NCBI RefSeq assembly: GCF_001194135.2
Contig: NC_068985.1
Location: forward strand, 107,438,928-107,502,927
DNA: 64,000 nucleotides
Source: Octopus bimaculoides
Taxonomy: Eukaryota
Direction of reading: 5' to 3'
The position numbers and the translations under genes are program-made. Shown one piece after another: positions 25,890 through 39,660 of the stretch. Positions within the stretch are counted from its first letter, which is position 1, and every line of letters starts with the position of its first letter. The notes beneath the pieces were generated by a model. The model saw only the letters and a list, made by a program, of their open reading frames with translations, did no database searches and was not told where the DNA came from.

Positions 25890-28800
25890 GCTATGCTTAG
25901 AGTAAATGCCAAAATATAACACCACAAACATCACAAACAACATCATACAAACTACCACCATTACCACTGTCACAATCCACTATCAACACCATAACTACAA
26001 CAACAGTGACCATCACCATTACTCTTTCATTACTGTATTTATTTTGAGATGCTCTGTGTTTCTCTCAATTATTTTAGATATAACAAAGAATTTAAGAAAA
26101 TGACTTTGTTATCATTAAGCTTGTGTTAGGAACATTGTGACTAAGGTTTGGCAGAAGACTTTAATTCAAAACTTATGAAAACAACACATTTGTACTACAG
26201 AGCCAGAGCTGGTTTCAGCTGGGTTGGTAATGAAAGGGTTTAAACTATAATCATTTTCATAACCATTGCCACCACCACAACCACTAATACTCTAACCACC
26301 AACAACCCACTTCTAATCACATATTCCTTCCAGGTTTTCCATGGCCTGTTTCTGTATCTAATGTTGATTTCAAATTTTGGCACAAGGCCAGCAATTTAGG
26401 GGAGAGTGGGTAAGTTGATTACATCCATCTCAGTGTTTAACTGGTACTTATTTTATAGACCCTGAAAGGATGAAAGATAAATATTGACCTTAGCAGAATT
26501 TGAACTCAGAATGTAAAGATGTGCTAATGATTCTGCCAGCTTGCTGCCCTATTTCTATATCTAATATCAACAACTCACTCTACATGTTCTCCCACATGCA
26601 GCCACACCTCTTGTGCAAATTATCTGATACCAGGCATTAATCCATCTCTAGATTCTACATTCAGCATTTTGTTATACCACTAAGCCTTTGTTATGCTCAC
26701 CTTGCTCTTGTACCATGAGTACTGTATGTAAGAAGCTCATCATTATTTGTATAAGGTAAAAACAAGGGTTATAAAGGGGTCACTGCAAATGAGACATATC
26801 AACTGCATCAGTTAAGGAATCTTAAGGCACTTCTATCCATGTAGTAGGGGAAGCTGTGCTAAGGTAATGGAAATTGATTGTCTTCCTTAGACAGGGAAAA
26901 AAAATACGGTACTCACCTGTAAAGTTCCTTAGGTCCTTCTTCTATTGTAAATGCGGTCTCTTCCTCTTTTTCTTCTGTTAGGGCTTTGTAAAACTCATGC
27001 TACAATGAAAAGGAAGAAGAAGATAAAAGCAAGGTATTTTGGTTAGATATAATTTTGATTACTTTTTGGCAGGCATAGAGAATTGGTTGAGTGAACACCA
27101 AAACATTAATGAAGTGCATTCACGCTGTTAATATTCTATTTACTATTTGAATTCAAGACATACAGATTGACGAAATGAAGCTAAGCGTTATGCCTGACGG
27201 TTAACGATTCTGCCAGCTTGCTGTCTTAATAATAACAATAATAATAATAATAACAACAATAGTTTCAAATTTTGGCACAAATCCAGCAATTTTTTAGGGG
27301 AGGGTAAAGTCAATTACACTGACCCATACTGAACTGGTACTTAGCTTTACCTTTCAGCTTTTTTAGGTCGATAAATTGACCTTGGCAATATTTGAACTCA
27401 TAAAGTAAAGAGCTGGACAAAATACAGCTGACCATTTTGTCTGATGCATTAATGATTCTGTCATCTTGCTGCCTTGATGTCGACAGCAATGATGATGATT
27501 TTTTCTAATTTTTGGTACACATACGCTTCTTACGGGCCAGCCTCACAAAAGCAGCCCAACTTATTGACAGATTCTTAGAGCAAGCCCTAAGAAGGAATTC
27601 TCAAGGATCTGAGCATTTACTTGAGGCCAACAATTCATCTTTTTTTTTTTTTTTTTTTGAAAATATTTGATCACTGAAGTAAATTAATTTTTTAAGGTGA
27701 AACTCAAAGTAGATAAAGCTATAAAAGTAATAGTATTTAGTATGCTAGGTTAAAACAACACTTAGATGGAAAGCCTCACTACTTAGAGTTCCACCTGACA
27801 AAGATGTTTTACTTCAATTCTCTCAAAGTTTCTAAATTCTAATAATATTATTATAATACTTGATCATAATCTTATTGCTTTTCAAATCTTACCACAGCAC
27901 ATAACAAATCTACTTCAGCTAACCATATACCAATAATCCCTAGGTAGGTAGGCAGGTAGAGAGAATAGTATCCTGAAATACTTACATCAGGTTCAGTAGA
28001 ATCTTCTTCCAGTACCTCTGTTGTAATTGCAGTGCTTTGACTGTTTTTCAAATCATTGATGTACATTGCAGCCTGGCAACAGAAGATAGAATGGTAAAGC
28101 AGAATACAGTATAACATAATACCACACATCACAATTGAACAAAAGACAGAATATTATATGGAAGGGTTGACAGAAGAGTTCCTTTGCCATAACTTCTACA
28201 AACTTTACTGATTCACATAGATTCTAAGTTCTTATGATATATTGCAGTACAATACAATATAGTTATTGAACAGGATTACACAGGCATACCTCAACTTATA
28301 TTCTGAGTTGTGTCTTTTCCAATCCCCATAGTACCCACCCAACGAAAAACACTACAATAAGATGCAATAAAATATATTAAAATACAATACAACAATACTT
28401 ACATAACACAGTAACAACAGAGCAATATGGTGCAGAACCATAATAACAGCTTAGGCACAGGCAAGCAATTTTTGATGGGAAGGGCTTAACTGATACCACC
28501 AACCTCAATACCTGATTGATATTTCATGTTAACCTCAACAGGACTTGAACTTAGAATGTAAAGAACCAGAAGAAATATTACAAGACGTTTATTTCTTTTA
28601 CCTTAATAATTCTGCCAGCTTGCCCCCTTTGACAGTACAGTTTCAAATTTTGGTACAAGGCCAGCAATTTTATGGAGGGTAAGTCTTATCAATAACTTCA
28701 ACAAGTGCTCAGTCGATACTTATCTTATAGATCCCCTTGGCAGAATTTGAACTCGGAACTCCATTAAGCATTTTGTCTTGCACACTAAAACAATTCTACC

Positions 28801-29636
28801 ACAACCCTTTCTACTAAATGGCACAAGGCCTGAAATTTTAGTGGAGGGAGCTAGTTGGCTACATTGATTCCAGTACTCGATTGGTTTTTATCCTATTGAA
28901 CCTAAAAGGGTGAAAGGCAAAGTTGACCTTGGCAGAATTTTAACTCAGAGTGTCAAGGTGAATGAAAGGCTGCTAAGCATTGTGTCCAATGCACTAAAGA
29001 TACTGCCAGCTTGCTGTCTTAAACAACTCTACCATAACAAAGTAAAACACATCAGTATACATACCTTAAATTTCTCATCCTTGTTAGATTGTGCACCATT
29101 CCACTGGTAGATTGTTTTACCAAGATCAAGTATAAAGACATCACCACTATCCAACATATCTTTGTTTTTGGCAACCTTGAAATGAAACGAGACAGTTGAT
29201 ATAGAAGTATAGGTTATAGCATAGATTACTGAGCCACATTTAGTAGTAGTAGTAGTGGTGGTGGTGATGGTGATGTAGTAGTAGTTATCCCTGAGTCAGA
29301 TTTATAAACAAAGGCATTTTAACCATGACAATTCTGACTTAATTTTGAGGAATAGTTTTTCCTTATCTACATTAACCAATATACCTACTTTTTAAGATGA
29401 TTTAGCTGCTATTTTGTGAAAGTTAAGCAACTTAGAAAAGTATGTTCTGTCACAAGTATTAGGGCTCTGGTTTGAAGATATCTTTCTCAATCTCTCCCAT
29501 CAACCCTAGCATCCTTTTAAAGGGTTGTAGCATTGCTTTCCTTCCTAATTAACCAACCAAATAAACAATCAATCAACTCATCTATCTACCTACCTCTCTA
29601 TCAATCAGTCAGTCCATCTATCTAACTATCTGTCAA

Positions 29637-29688
<52 letters not shown>

Positions 29689-29778
29689 NNNNNNNNNNNN
29701 NNNNNNNNNNNNNNNNNNNNNNNNNNNNNNNNNNNNNNNNNNNNNNNNNNNNNNNNNNNNNNNNNNNNNNNNNNNNNN

Positions 29779-29851
<73 letters not shown>

Positions 29852-30698
29852 CTTATTGGCTTGTAGTAGTTATAGTAATAATAGCAGCAGCAGTACCAAC
29901 CAAAGACAGTAGTAATACTGTTCTATCCAGTGTGTCTTTATCACCTGATGTACTATTCTTGGAGCATATCTCTCTTTTCAAGGTCTGAATTGAATGTGAG
30001 GCATCTTTCTTCATTTGGATAAGATGGCAGTTCTTTGCAAAGTCTACTCTGCCACCACCAACACCAATAGTGAATCTGTATTTAATAACTAATGAAAAAT
30101 TGGTCAGTTAATACCAACCAGTGGTATCTACTTACAGCTAGAAGTAGACACAGCTACTGAGACTTATTATAAAACAGTCAATTATACCACGGTGGTACCT
30201 ACTTACAGTTAAGCAGGCTGAACTATTAGTCATAAACATAGCAACATAGCAATGTGTAAAACAATTTACTGACCTCTTTGATTTCAACATGTTTCTTTGT
30301 ACCACAGAAATGTAGGAGCCTTGATTGATAGGTCTTCTCTGTGACAACTCGGAATCCAGAATCAACTCCACCCTTTAACAACCTTTTGAGCAAAGAGAAA
30401 AATAACAGTAACAATAACAAAAATATTTTAAGGAGGGATAGAGACAAATTATGGCAGAGTTTATACTAGCATGTTAATAGTATTTATGAACTCATGCAGC
30501 TGAAAAGGTGAAGTTGGATTTGGTGGAATTTGATCTGAAAACCTAAAGGCTTAATACTAAATATTATATGGCATTTAGTATACCTTTTTACAATTTCAAC
30601 CAGAGCATTTTATCTAGTGCTCTAACGATTCTGCCAGCCTGCCACATTCAACCACCCTTAAGAATAATATTTTTCTTCACTGTTGTCACAAAGATGAC

Positions 30699-30740
<42 letters not shown>

Positions 30741-32062
30741 CAACATAGGTCCAAGGCAGCAAAATTAGAAGAATACAGTTAATGAAACTGATCCCAGAAC
30801 TTGAATGATAATTTATTTTCTTGACTCCAGAAGGATGACAAGCAAAGTTGATCTTGAAGGGATTTGAACTCAGAATGTAAAGGATTGTAGCAAAAGACTA
30901 CAAAGTGTTTTGTCTAGTTCTCTACTGCTCAAAATAATTTTTAACAAAGGTGTGTCTCAGTGGTTAAAAGTTCACTTCCCAATCATATGGTTTCAAGTTC
31001 AGACCCCTTGTATGGCACCTTGGGTAAGTGTCTTCTACTATAGCCCTGGGTTGATCAAAGCCTTGTGAGTAAATCTGGTAGATGAAAACTGAAAGAAGTT
31101 TGTTGAGCGCTTATGTGTGTGTGTGTGTGTGTGTGTGTTTGCGTGCATGTGTTTATGAATGTATGCAAAGGTGCATGCACATGTGTTTGTGTCTTCTTGT
31201 TTTGACTTCATGTGATAGCTGTAAACAAGTATCACCATCAACTAAATAGCATCCTTTGTTTTCAAATCTTCTGCGAAAACATGTCCAGCTATGGGGAAAT
31301 ATTACCTTTATTGGAAACAAGAGGGGTTGGTGACAAGAAGGGTATCCAACCATAGAAAATCTGCTTCAATGAATTCCATTCAATCCATGCAATCATCAAA
31401 AAGAGGATATTAAAATGACAGTGATGATGATGATGATGATAAGGCTACACAAAGCTAAATATTTTAGAAGAGAACAGCCAATTATACCAAGCTCTAATTC
31501 TTGACTGATACTTATTTTACTGCTCCTGGGGTTCCACGTGAGAGTATGGTGAAGGAATGGCTATGTGAAAGTGTAACAACAAAAGTGTAGCTATGAATGT
31601 ATTTTGAGTAAGTTAAATGATACTTACGTTATATTCTTAAAGTAACTCTTGAAGAGATTAGATTCATGTCCTTGTACCTCTCGATGTTGGATAGGTACAT
31701 CATCCAAGAAAGTGTCCAACTCAACAGTTTTGTAGGCAGCTGCACAATACTCATCCTATGGTGAAATACACACAGACAGAAACTTGGGTGATGGTATGAA
31801 GCTGAGATGAGTAATGGCACAAAGTTGAGTGAAGCAATGGAAATGAAGAATGGCATGAAATTGAGTGAAGCAATGGAGGTAAGTGATGAGTATGAAGTTG
31901 AGTGAAGTAATGAAGACAAGTGATGGAACGAAGTTGTGTGAGGCAATGGTAATAAAAGATGGTATAAAGTTGAGTTACAGCTGATAGAGGAAAAGAGTGA
32001 CGAGCTGCAAAGCATGTGAGAGAGAAATATATATAAAAAGATAAATGTGGATAGACAGTAAG

Positions 32063-32105
<43 letters not shown>

Positions 32106-32370
32106 AAAATAAGAGGAATGACCAGCAAAAGTGGACTCCTATATGCTAGAAATAGATGCCGAATTATCTAACCACGAAAAAATATGTTACTGAGAACATA
32201 TTTTTTCATGGTTAGATGATTCGGCATCTATTTCTAGCACATAGGAGTCCACTTTTGCTGGTCATTCCTCTTATTTTTGTATGTAATATAATTTTAATCT
32301 TCGGATTTTTTCTTAATATGCTAGACCACTGGTTTTAATTGATTAATATCAATTTCTACCCTTATTAATA

Positions 32371-32415
<45 letters not shown>

Positions 32416-34746
32416 AATCATCATCATCATCATCATCCTCCTCCCCACTTTCTCTTAATCTGTGCAGCCAATCTTTGGGGTACCATTCTAGATGCTTTTG
32501 TAGTCAGCTGTCACCATTGGTCTCTGTTCTCTGCATGCATCACAGGGTTGCAGTGTTGTGACCTGTCCAGTCCTTGATCTTGTCAGACCAGGATTTTCTT
32601 TGCCTCTCTTTCACCCTCCTTCAACTGTGCCCCAAAAGATGGTTTTGGACAGGGAGTTGTAGCAAGATATGTGATTGTACCAGGCAAGCTTTCATCATTT
32701 TATCTGTGCAAAGAGTAGTTCCTGTCTACCAGCATATTTGTTGGCTTGCTGCTGACAAAGCTGTTTGTTTTGTGTTTTGTATACAGAATGTGTAGCAGCC
32801 TTCTGAAGTACTTGTGCTCAAATACCTGGATTCTTCATTCCATGTATAGATGGATGGAAGTCACTAGGGACTTATACACTTTGAGTCTTGCCTCCATAAA
32901 ATCAGTTTCATCATGGCTGCAGAGGACAAACTGAGTCTAATTGTGATCTCATTTTGAGATCTGCTGTCCTTGGTCTGCGTGGATCCTTGGTACTTGAAGG
33001 TAGCCACTATGTCAAGTTTCTCTATATTCAGCATGATGTTGGTTACTGAGTTCTGGTCGTTGCTATTAACCAGGATTTTTCTCTTTTCTGGGATGATCTC
33101 CACCCTGTATGCTCCTGATACTTTTTCCAGTCTGTGGTGAGCTTTTGAAGTTCTGCTTTACTGCTTCCTGATAGGTCAATATCATTAGCAAAACACAAGT
33201 TAGAGATGGACCATCTCCAATGGTTTTATATATAAGAATAGCAATTCTTAGTGGACTGTGAATGATGAATTCAATGTCTGTAGCAAAAACACAGGTCCCA
33301 CAGTCTGCCAATGTCATTCATAGCCCAGTGGTATGTTATACATAAACATTGTCTATAGAGAGAGTTTCTCTGCTGAGATATTATCTACTGTAAAGGTTTA
33401 AATGTAACTGTATACATCTACACCTCAATTAACGCTACTTAGTTTGCCTCTGGTCAATTCTAGCTTGACAAAGCTTTGTGCACATCAGCAAAATTTCTAT
33501 TTGCTGTTGAACTCTATAGCATTCAAATTCATCAATGAAATGCAATGCTTATTCATTCATATTGTTTTCAATTATTCATGCCTTATCTTGTAACTTCAAG
33601 GTATCAATATGGTTGCTTATTTTTAAAATGACATTGTAGGATAGGTGTGAGCAATTGGATCTCATCTTACACATAACCCTGAATATAAAACAAATAATGT
33701 AATTCCTGAGCAAAATAGGAGTGATAATGTGTATGACAAAGCTGGTTATTTGAATTACAGCCATAGTTCATCCAATGGATTTCCAAACAATTTCCATCTG
33801 CATTATTTCATTCATGAAGTTTGCGTCAACTTGAGGCTTCAGTGATACACACATATCTAAGATGATGCACAGTTGCATTGAACCTAAGACTTTATGACTG
33901 CATCCATATAATACACCACAGTACTGTAATGAATAGCTAAAATAATATAGTACAATATACTACTGTACTATGTAGTCGAAACAGAACAGTACAATAAAGT
34001 AGTGGTTTTGAACAAGTTTAAAACCATTTTAAATTTATTAAACATGACAGGCATGGCTGAGTTATTAAGAAGTCTGGTCCCCCACCACATGGTTTTGAGT
34101 TCAGTTCTACTGTGTGGCACCTTGGGCAAGTGTCTTCTGTAACCCTGGGCCAAGTAAATTTTTGTGAATGGAGCTGATAGACAGAAACAGGAAGAAGCCT
34201 GTTGTGTGTAATACGGCAGGTTTAAATGGAAGGAAAGTTGTCCTTAGTGAGCTTTGAACAACATATTTGGTGTTTGTAGTTGATGAAGAGTAATGATACA
34301 GAAACATGTGTCTTATTTCCCTCAGATATCATTCTGCTTGGTTAGGAAGTGTGCTTTCAAACCACACAATTTAGTGTTCAGTCCCACTGTGTGGCACCTT
34401 GGAAGGCAGGGCTGGGCAATCAGGTGTCATCTATTATCGCCCTGAGCATTGTAAGTAGGGCTGGAGTAGATAGAGATTTCATATGTGTGTCTGTATATAA
34501 TGTACCGTTCTGTGATAGAAAGATCAAAAAAAAAAAAAAAGTACTCCATCTGGTGAGAGATAAATATTTATTTAAAGGACACAATACATGTGTTTAAGTG
34601 TTAATAGTTTCATATGTTGAGAAATATCTCAAACATATTCATCAGGCACAATTCACATGTGCCTGATGAATATGTTTGAGATATTTCTCAACAGATGAAA
34701 CTAATAGTAGCACTTAAAGACAAGTATTGTGTCCTTTAAATAAATA

Positions 34747-34785
<39 letters not shown>

Positions 34786-35240
34786 GATGGCATCAAATTT
34801 ATAATCTTTAAGAGAATGAGAAATAATTCATTTTTGGTATGATGAATCTCGAAGCTCGAAGCAGATAAAGCTATAAATAATTGTGTAAATATTGGATAAA
34901 AAGCCCTTTGGATAGAGAAAGTCAAAGGCTACCCATATGACTCAAACCTACATCTCCTTAAACATGTGTGTATGTGCATGGGTGTATATGTGCTTATGTC
35001 TCCTCTTGACATCATGTAATAGCTTTAAATAAGAGTCAACATCATAGAACAGTGTTGTTCATATACAATCTTCCATGAAAACATGTCTGGCCATGGGGAA
35101 ATAATACCTTGCTTGGAAACAAGTGAGGGTTGGCAACAGGAATGATATTTAGTCATAGAAAATCTATTTCAACAAATTCTGTCTGAGCCATATGAACATG
35201 GAAAAGTGCATGTCGAGACAATAATAAATATGATGTGTTT

Positions 35241-35299
<59 letters not shown>

Positions 35300-38200
35300 A
35301 GAAGGGACAGTTATGTGCAACCAGGTAAATGCAATAATGAACAATTTAATATTACTCACCTGAGTGCTGTATTTGCCAATCCAAAAATGTACGTCATAAT
35401 TGAATCGCTCTCCATTTTCCTCAAGGTAAGTCTGTTCAGGTAAAAGTAATTCAAATTTAACAAAGGAAACATTAACAACAACAACAAATAGAAGACTGTA
35501 GTTTGTGCTGAAGCAATGGTTCACAAATGACTAATTTTACTATGATTTTGCTCTACTTTCATAGGAAATTTAATTCCTAGTTTTTAAGTAATGCATGAGT
35601 CATGTTATAGATATTTAAACATATCCACAACCACACATGCAAACATACTTCCCTACACATTATATATATATATATATTCTATTTTTACTCAATTTAGTCA
35701 TTAGACTGCAGCCATGCTGGAGCACTGCCTTGAATTGTTTTAGTCCAATGAATTGACATCAGTACTTTTTTTAAAAGTTGGTACTAATTCTATTGGTGTC
35801 TTTTGCTAAACTGCTAAGTTACAGGGACATAAACACACCAACATTGGTTGTCAAGCAGTGCTGGGGGGGGGGGATAAACACACACACACATACATATACT
35901 GAACTGCAAAAGAAACATAATTTCATTATGTCAGAAATAAATTTTGATAAACCTGATAAAGTCAATTTCTTGGATGCACTATGACTACAATCTATGGCTC
36001 ACTGCCATGTGATCTGGTAGTGGGTGGATCCAGTACATCGAGGTTGTAGGGCATGACATGTTCAATACTGTGTATGCCCTCCATGGGTGTTCAAAACGGC
36101 CATACACCGTTGGTACATGGAGTGCATGAGGCGGTTCACAAAAGCCATTGGCACCTGTACCCACACCCTGAGGAAAGCTGCCTCCAGTTCCACACGAGTT
36201 GTCGGCCTTGGGGCCACCTGGTTCAGCCATCTCTGGATTTCATCCCACAGGTGTTCAATTGGGTTCAAATCTGGGTTGAGAGCCAGCCACAGCATGGTTC
36301 TGATGTCATACTGATGCAGGAAGTCCATGGTTACCCTGGCTGAGTGGGAGGGAACATTGTCCTGCCGGAACATGTGGCTATGGTGACGTGCAAAGAAAGG
36401 CACAATGTGAGGTCTTAGGATCTGGTCAATGTAGCACTGCACTGTGATGCCATTCCCTCTGCCTGTGTCGTCGCTGATGGGTCACTGTCCAGTGCCAACA
36501 GTCTCGCAAGCTGTCATGCTGGCCGGTCTGAAGCGATCACAGCGGTGTTGAAGGTGGACGAAGCAGTCCTACCTGGACCCAGCGGCACCCTCTGTGGACA
36601 TGGTCTGCAGTGGTGTTGGTATATTTGTATTGCTGTTGCAGGTGATAGACAATAGATGATGCTGACATGGATATTGTAAGCTTTCGCAACAACCAGGGCA
36701 TGCTGCCATGCTTGCAATCAGCCGATAGCTTGTTCTCTCTGCACTGCTGACAAATTACGAATGCTAGAGATGCAGTTCAAGTTGATTTTTATATTCATAA
36801 CCTCCATGAGATGCTTCCTGACACCTTTTTTGCCATTCTCCAATGAGCTTTAGTGCATCTGGGCATTGTATACAAAATACAATAAGCTCATGAGAGAGAG
36901 AGGGGGGCGTGTTTACCTGTGTATGTGTGTGTATTTACACAGAAAAAAGATAAAAAGGACAAGAAACTGGTATGAAATTATTTAAGTCAGTGTTCAAGAA
37001 CACACATGTATAATTACTGGCATACCTAATGTTTCGCTATTTCTGTGTTAATTTCAGTATTTAAACATACTAATTATCTTTTGACCCATGACAGGATTAT
37101 TGTTTTATTTCTTGCATACATCATTTTGTTACAAGTATTACAAGTATTACAAGTATTACTAGATGAAAGCAACATCAAGTATTGTGTGATGAGTCATACT
37201 ACACATGCCTACATCTGACTAGTCACACACCTTAAAATAACTACATATGATAAGTCATACTATGAAAATACTACATTAGAACTGTACACTGGTCATAACA
37301 GTAACCTGCTATATAAGAACTATGATTAGTTATGCGTTAAATATGTCAGAACAATATATTTATCATCAACTCCCACCTCCTATTTTCTTACAAATCCTTG
37401 CTCTTCATTCAGTCCTTCACATCTCACCAATCCTTGTTCATTGTTCAGTATTGTAATACCTCTCTGTACGAGTTTGATTTGTTCCATGACTGAACTCGCC
37501 TTACAATTTACTCGTTTTACAAATAAATTTTCCCCATTGAAATTAACTAAAATATAATAGATCTGATCCCATCTCCACAAAACCACTCAAAATTTATTTT
37601 TTATGGGTTTTAAAACAGAAAAGGTGTAGTTACAAGTAAAATGACAATTATAAAAATGAGAATGCGAAAGAAATATGTAAACTGGTTTTATTAATTGAAT
37701 TACCTTAAAGATGGGATGATTTGTGTGCTAGTACTATAGATTTCTGCTTGTACTTCAAGACAAAAATTTGCACGAGTCTTAGCTCATACAGTAAATCACT
37801 CATAGAATGGGGCACTCGTATTGCAAGATTCTACTGTATTTTGCCCTACATCCTTACTCCTTCTCTAAACATCCCTCATTCTCCCCACACACTCTTGCAA
37901 CCTCGACTCACCAAACCCTTCCTGTTCTTCTGTTTGCAGAGTCCACTATCATACCTTACCTTATCATCACCATCTTTCTGGCTCTTTCCAGCTTCACCCC
38001 CATTACTCCAAGCCACTCTTGTATAATGTGAGTAGCCAAGTATTTCCTTTACAGAAAGAAACCTGCTCCAACCCTTTCCTTCATATTTTAACCTTTTATC
38101 TCCTACAATAAAGCTACCTCCCTCTCCACTGTAGTCCCATTCAGTTGAAGGAGATCTTAATCTTGTGGTCTACAAGGCAATCTAACTAGTGATGGTGCCA

Positions 38201-38790
38201 TGAGAAATGCATTGAGTATGCTATGTAAAGTGGTTGGCATTAGAAAGGGTATTCAGCTGTACAAACCACCCCAAAGCAGACATTAGAGCATGGTGTAATC
38301 TTCCAACTTGCTGGACCTTTCAGACTAGTCAATCTATGCCAGCATGGAAGAGAGAGAGATTAAAAGATGATGATGATGATGTTGATACAAGACTACAAGA
38401 AAATTAGTAATAATATAAAACACAATGTCATAACTTTATGACTAAAATCAACTCTCAAAAACAGAAAGACATAACTGTATGAAAAGGTCAGATTATTAAA
38501 ATACTCACATTTAAGACAATATAGGAGTCACCCTCATAGAACAAACCATAATCCTTTTTAGGCCATTCTTTGACTTTGAATTTCTGCAGAAATAGAAAAT
38601 AAAATAAAAATAAGTAACATATAGTAAAAATACACTTAACTATGTACATGTCTGTGCAGTGAAAAAGTGCTTCTCAACCACATGGTTTAGGTTTCAGTCC
38701 CGCTGCAAGGCACCTTGAGCAAGCGTCTTCTACTATAGCTCCAAAGCCTTATTAAGTGGGTTTGGTAGAAGGAAACTGAAAGAAACCCAT

Positions 38791-38844
<54 letters not shown>

Positions 38845-39620
38845 TGTGTGCACTGGTGTCTCGCAGTCTTGATGTTGTGTAATTATTATAAATTCATGTA
38901 ATTTATTTCCAATATTCTGTGGAAATGTATCTGGCCATGGGGAAATATTACCTTGCTTAGAAACAGGTAAAGGTTGATAACAGGAAAGGCATCTGGCTGT
39001 AGAAAAATCTACTTCAATAAACTATGCCCAACTCATGCAAATATGGAAAAGTGGACATTATGATGATGACGACGTCTATGAATATGTATGTATGTATGTG
39101 TGTGTGTGCACATGTGTGCATGTGTGTGTTTGCTTTCTGTTCAGATTTATCAAACTTTAACCAACCATTAAGCATTAGGAAGATGTATAAGAAATTAAAT
39201 GAAGGCAAAAGTAAGAAAGAAAAAGTGAAAGAAGCTGACAGGGAAAGCGAGTAAAGAAACGAGAATAATCTGTTCTTTAATGCCTCCTTTGCATAACCTG
39301 TTCCACTTTAAATTTTAGAAGTATTTTCTATATAGCCACATAACTCCCCGGGCCGCAACCCCCTTAATTATTATGTGTGGGGCGCAGTTGAGCGAGAGAC
39401 CAACAAAACTCCTTGTAACATCAAAGATGAACTGAAGGCAAGGATTATGGTACCATTCACTAACTTAAACAAGGAGACCGTCCAGAAGAGCTGCAGGAGA
39501 TTCCGAAGTCATCTCAAGGCCATATNNNNNNNNNNNNNNNNNNNNNNNNNNNNNNNNNNNNNNNNNNNNNNNNNNNNNNNNNNNNNNNNNNNNNNNNNNN
39601 NNNNNNNNNNNNNNNNNNNN

Positions 39621-39660
<40 letters not shown>

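Noticed and set aside
29942-30050. Open frame ending in CAG|GTGATA on the gelsolin strand
   Set aside because: No gelsolin similarity, no good acceptor, and the flanking exons already join in frame.
34651-34657. Shared ATTCACA at the fold-back points of 34565-34746 and 42630-42636
   Set aside because: At 42630 the heptamer is simply part of the inverted arm (reverse complement TGTGAAT approximates TGCGGAT at 42578-42584), so the match is likely coincidental.
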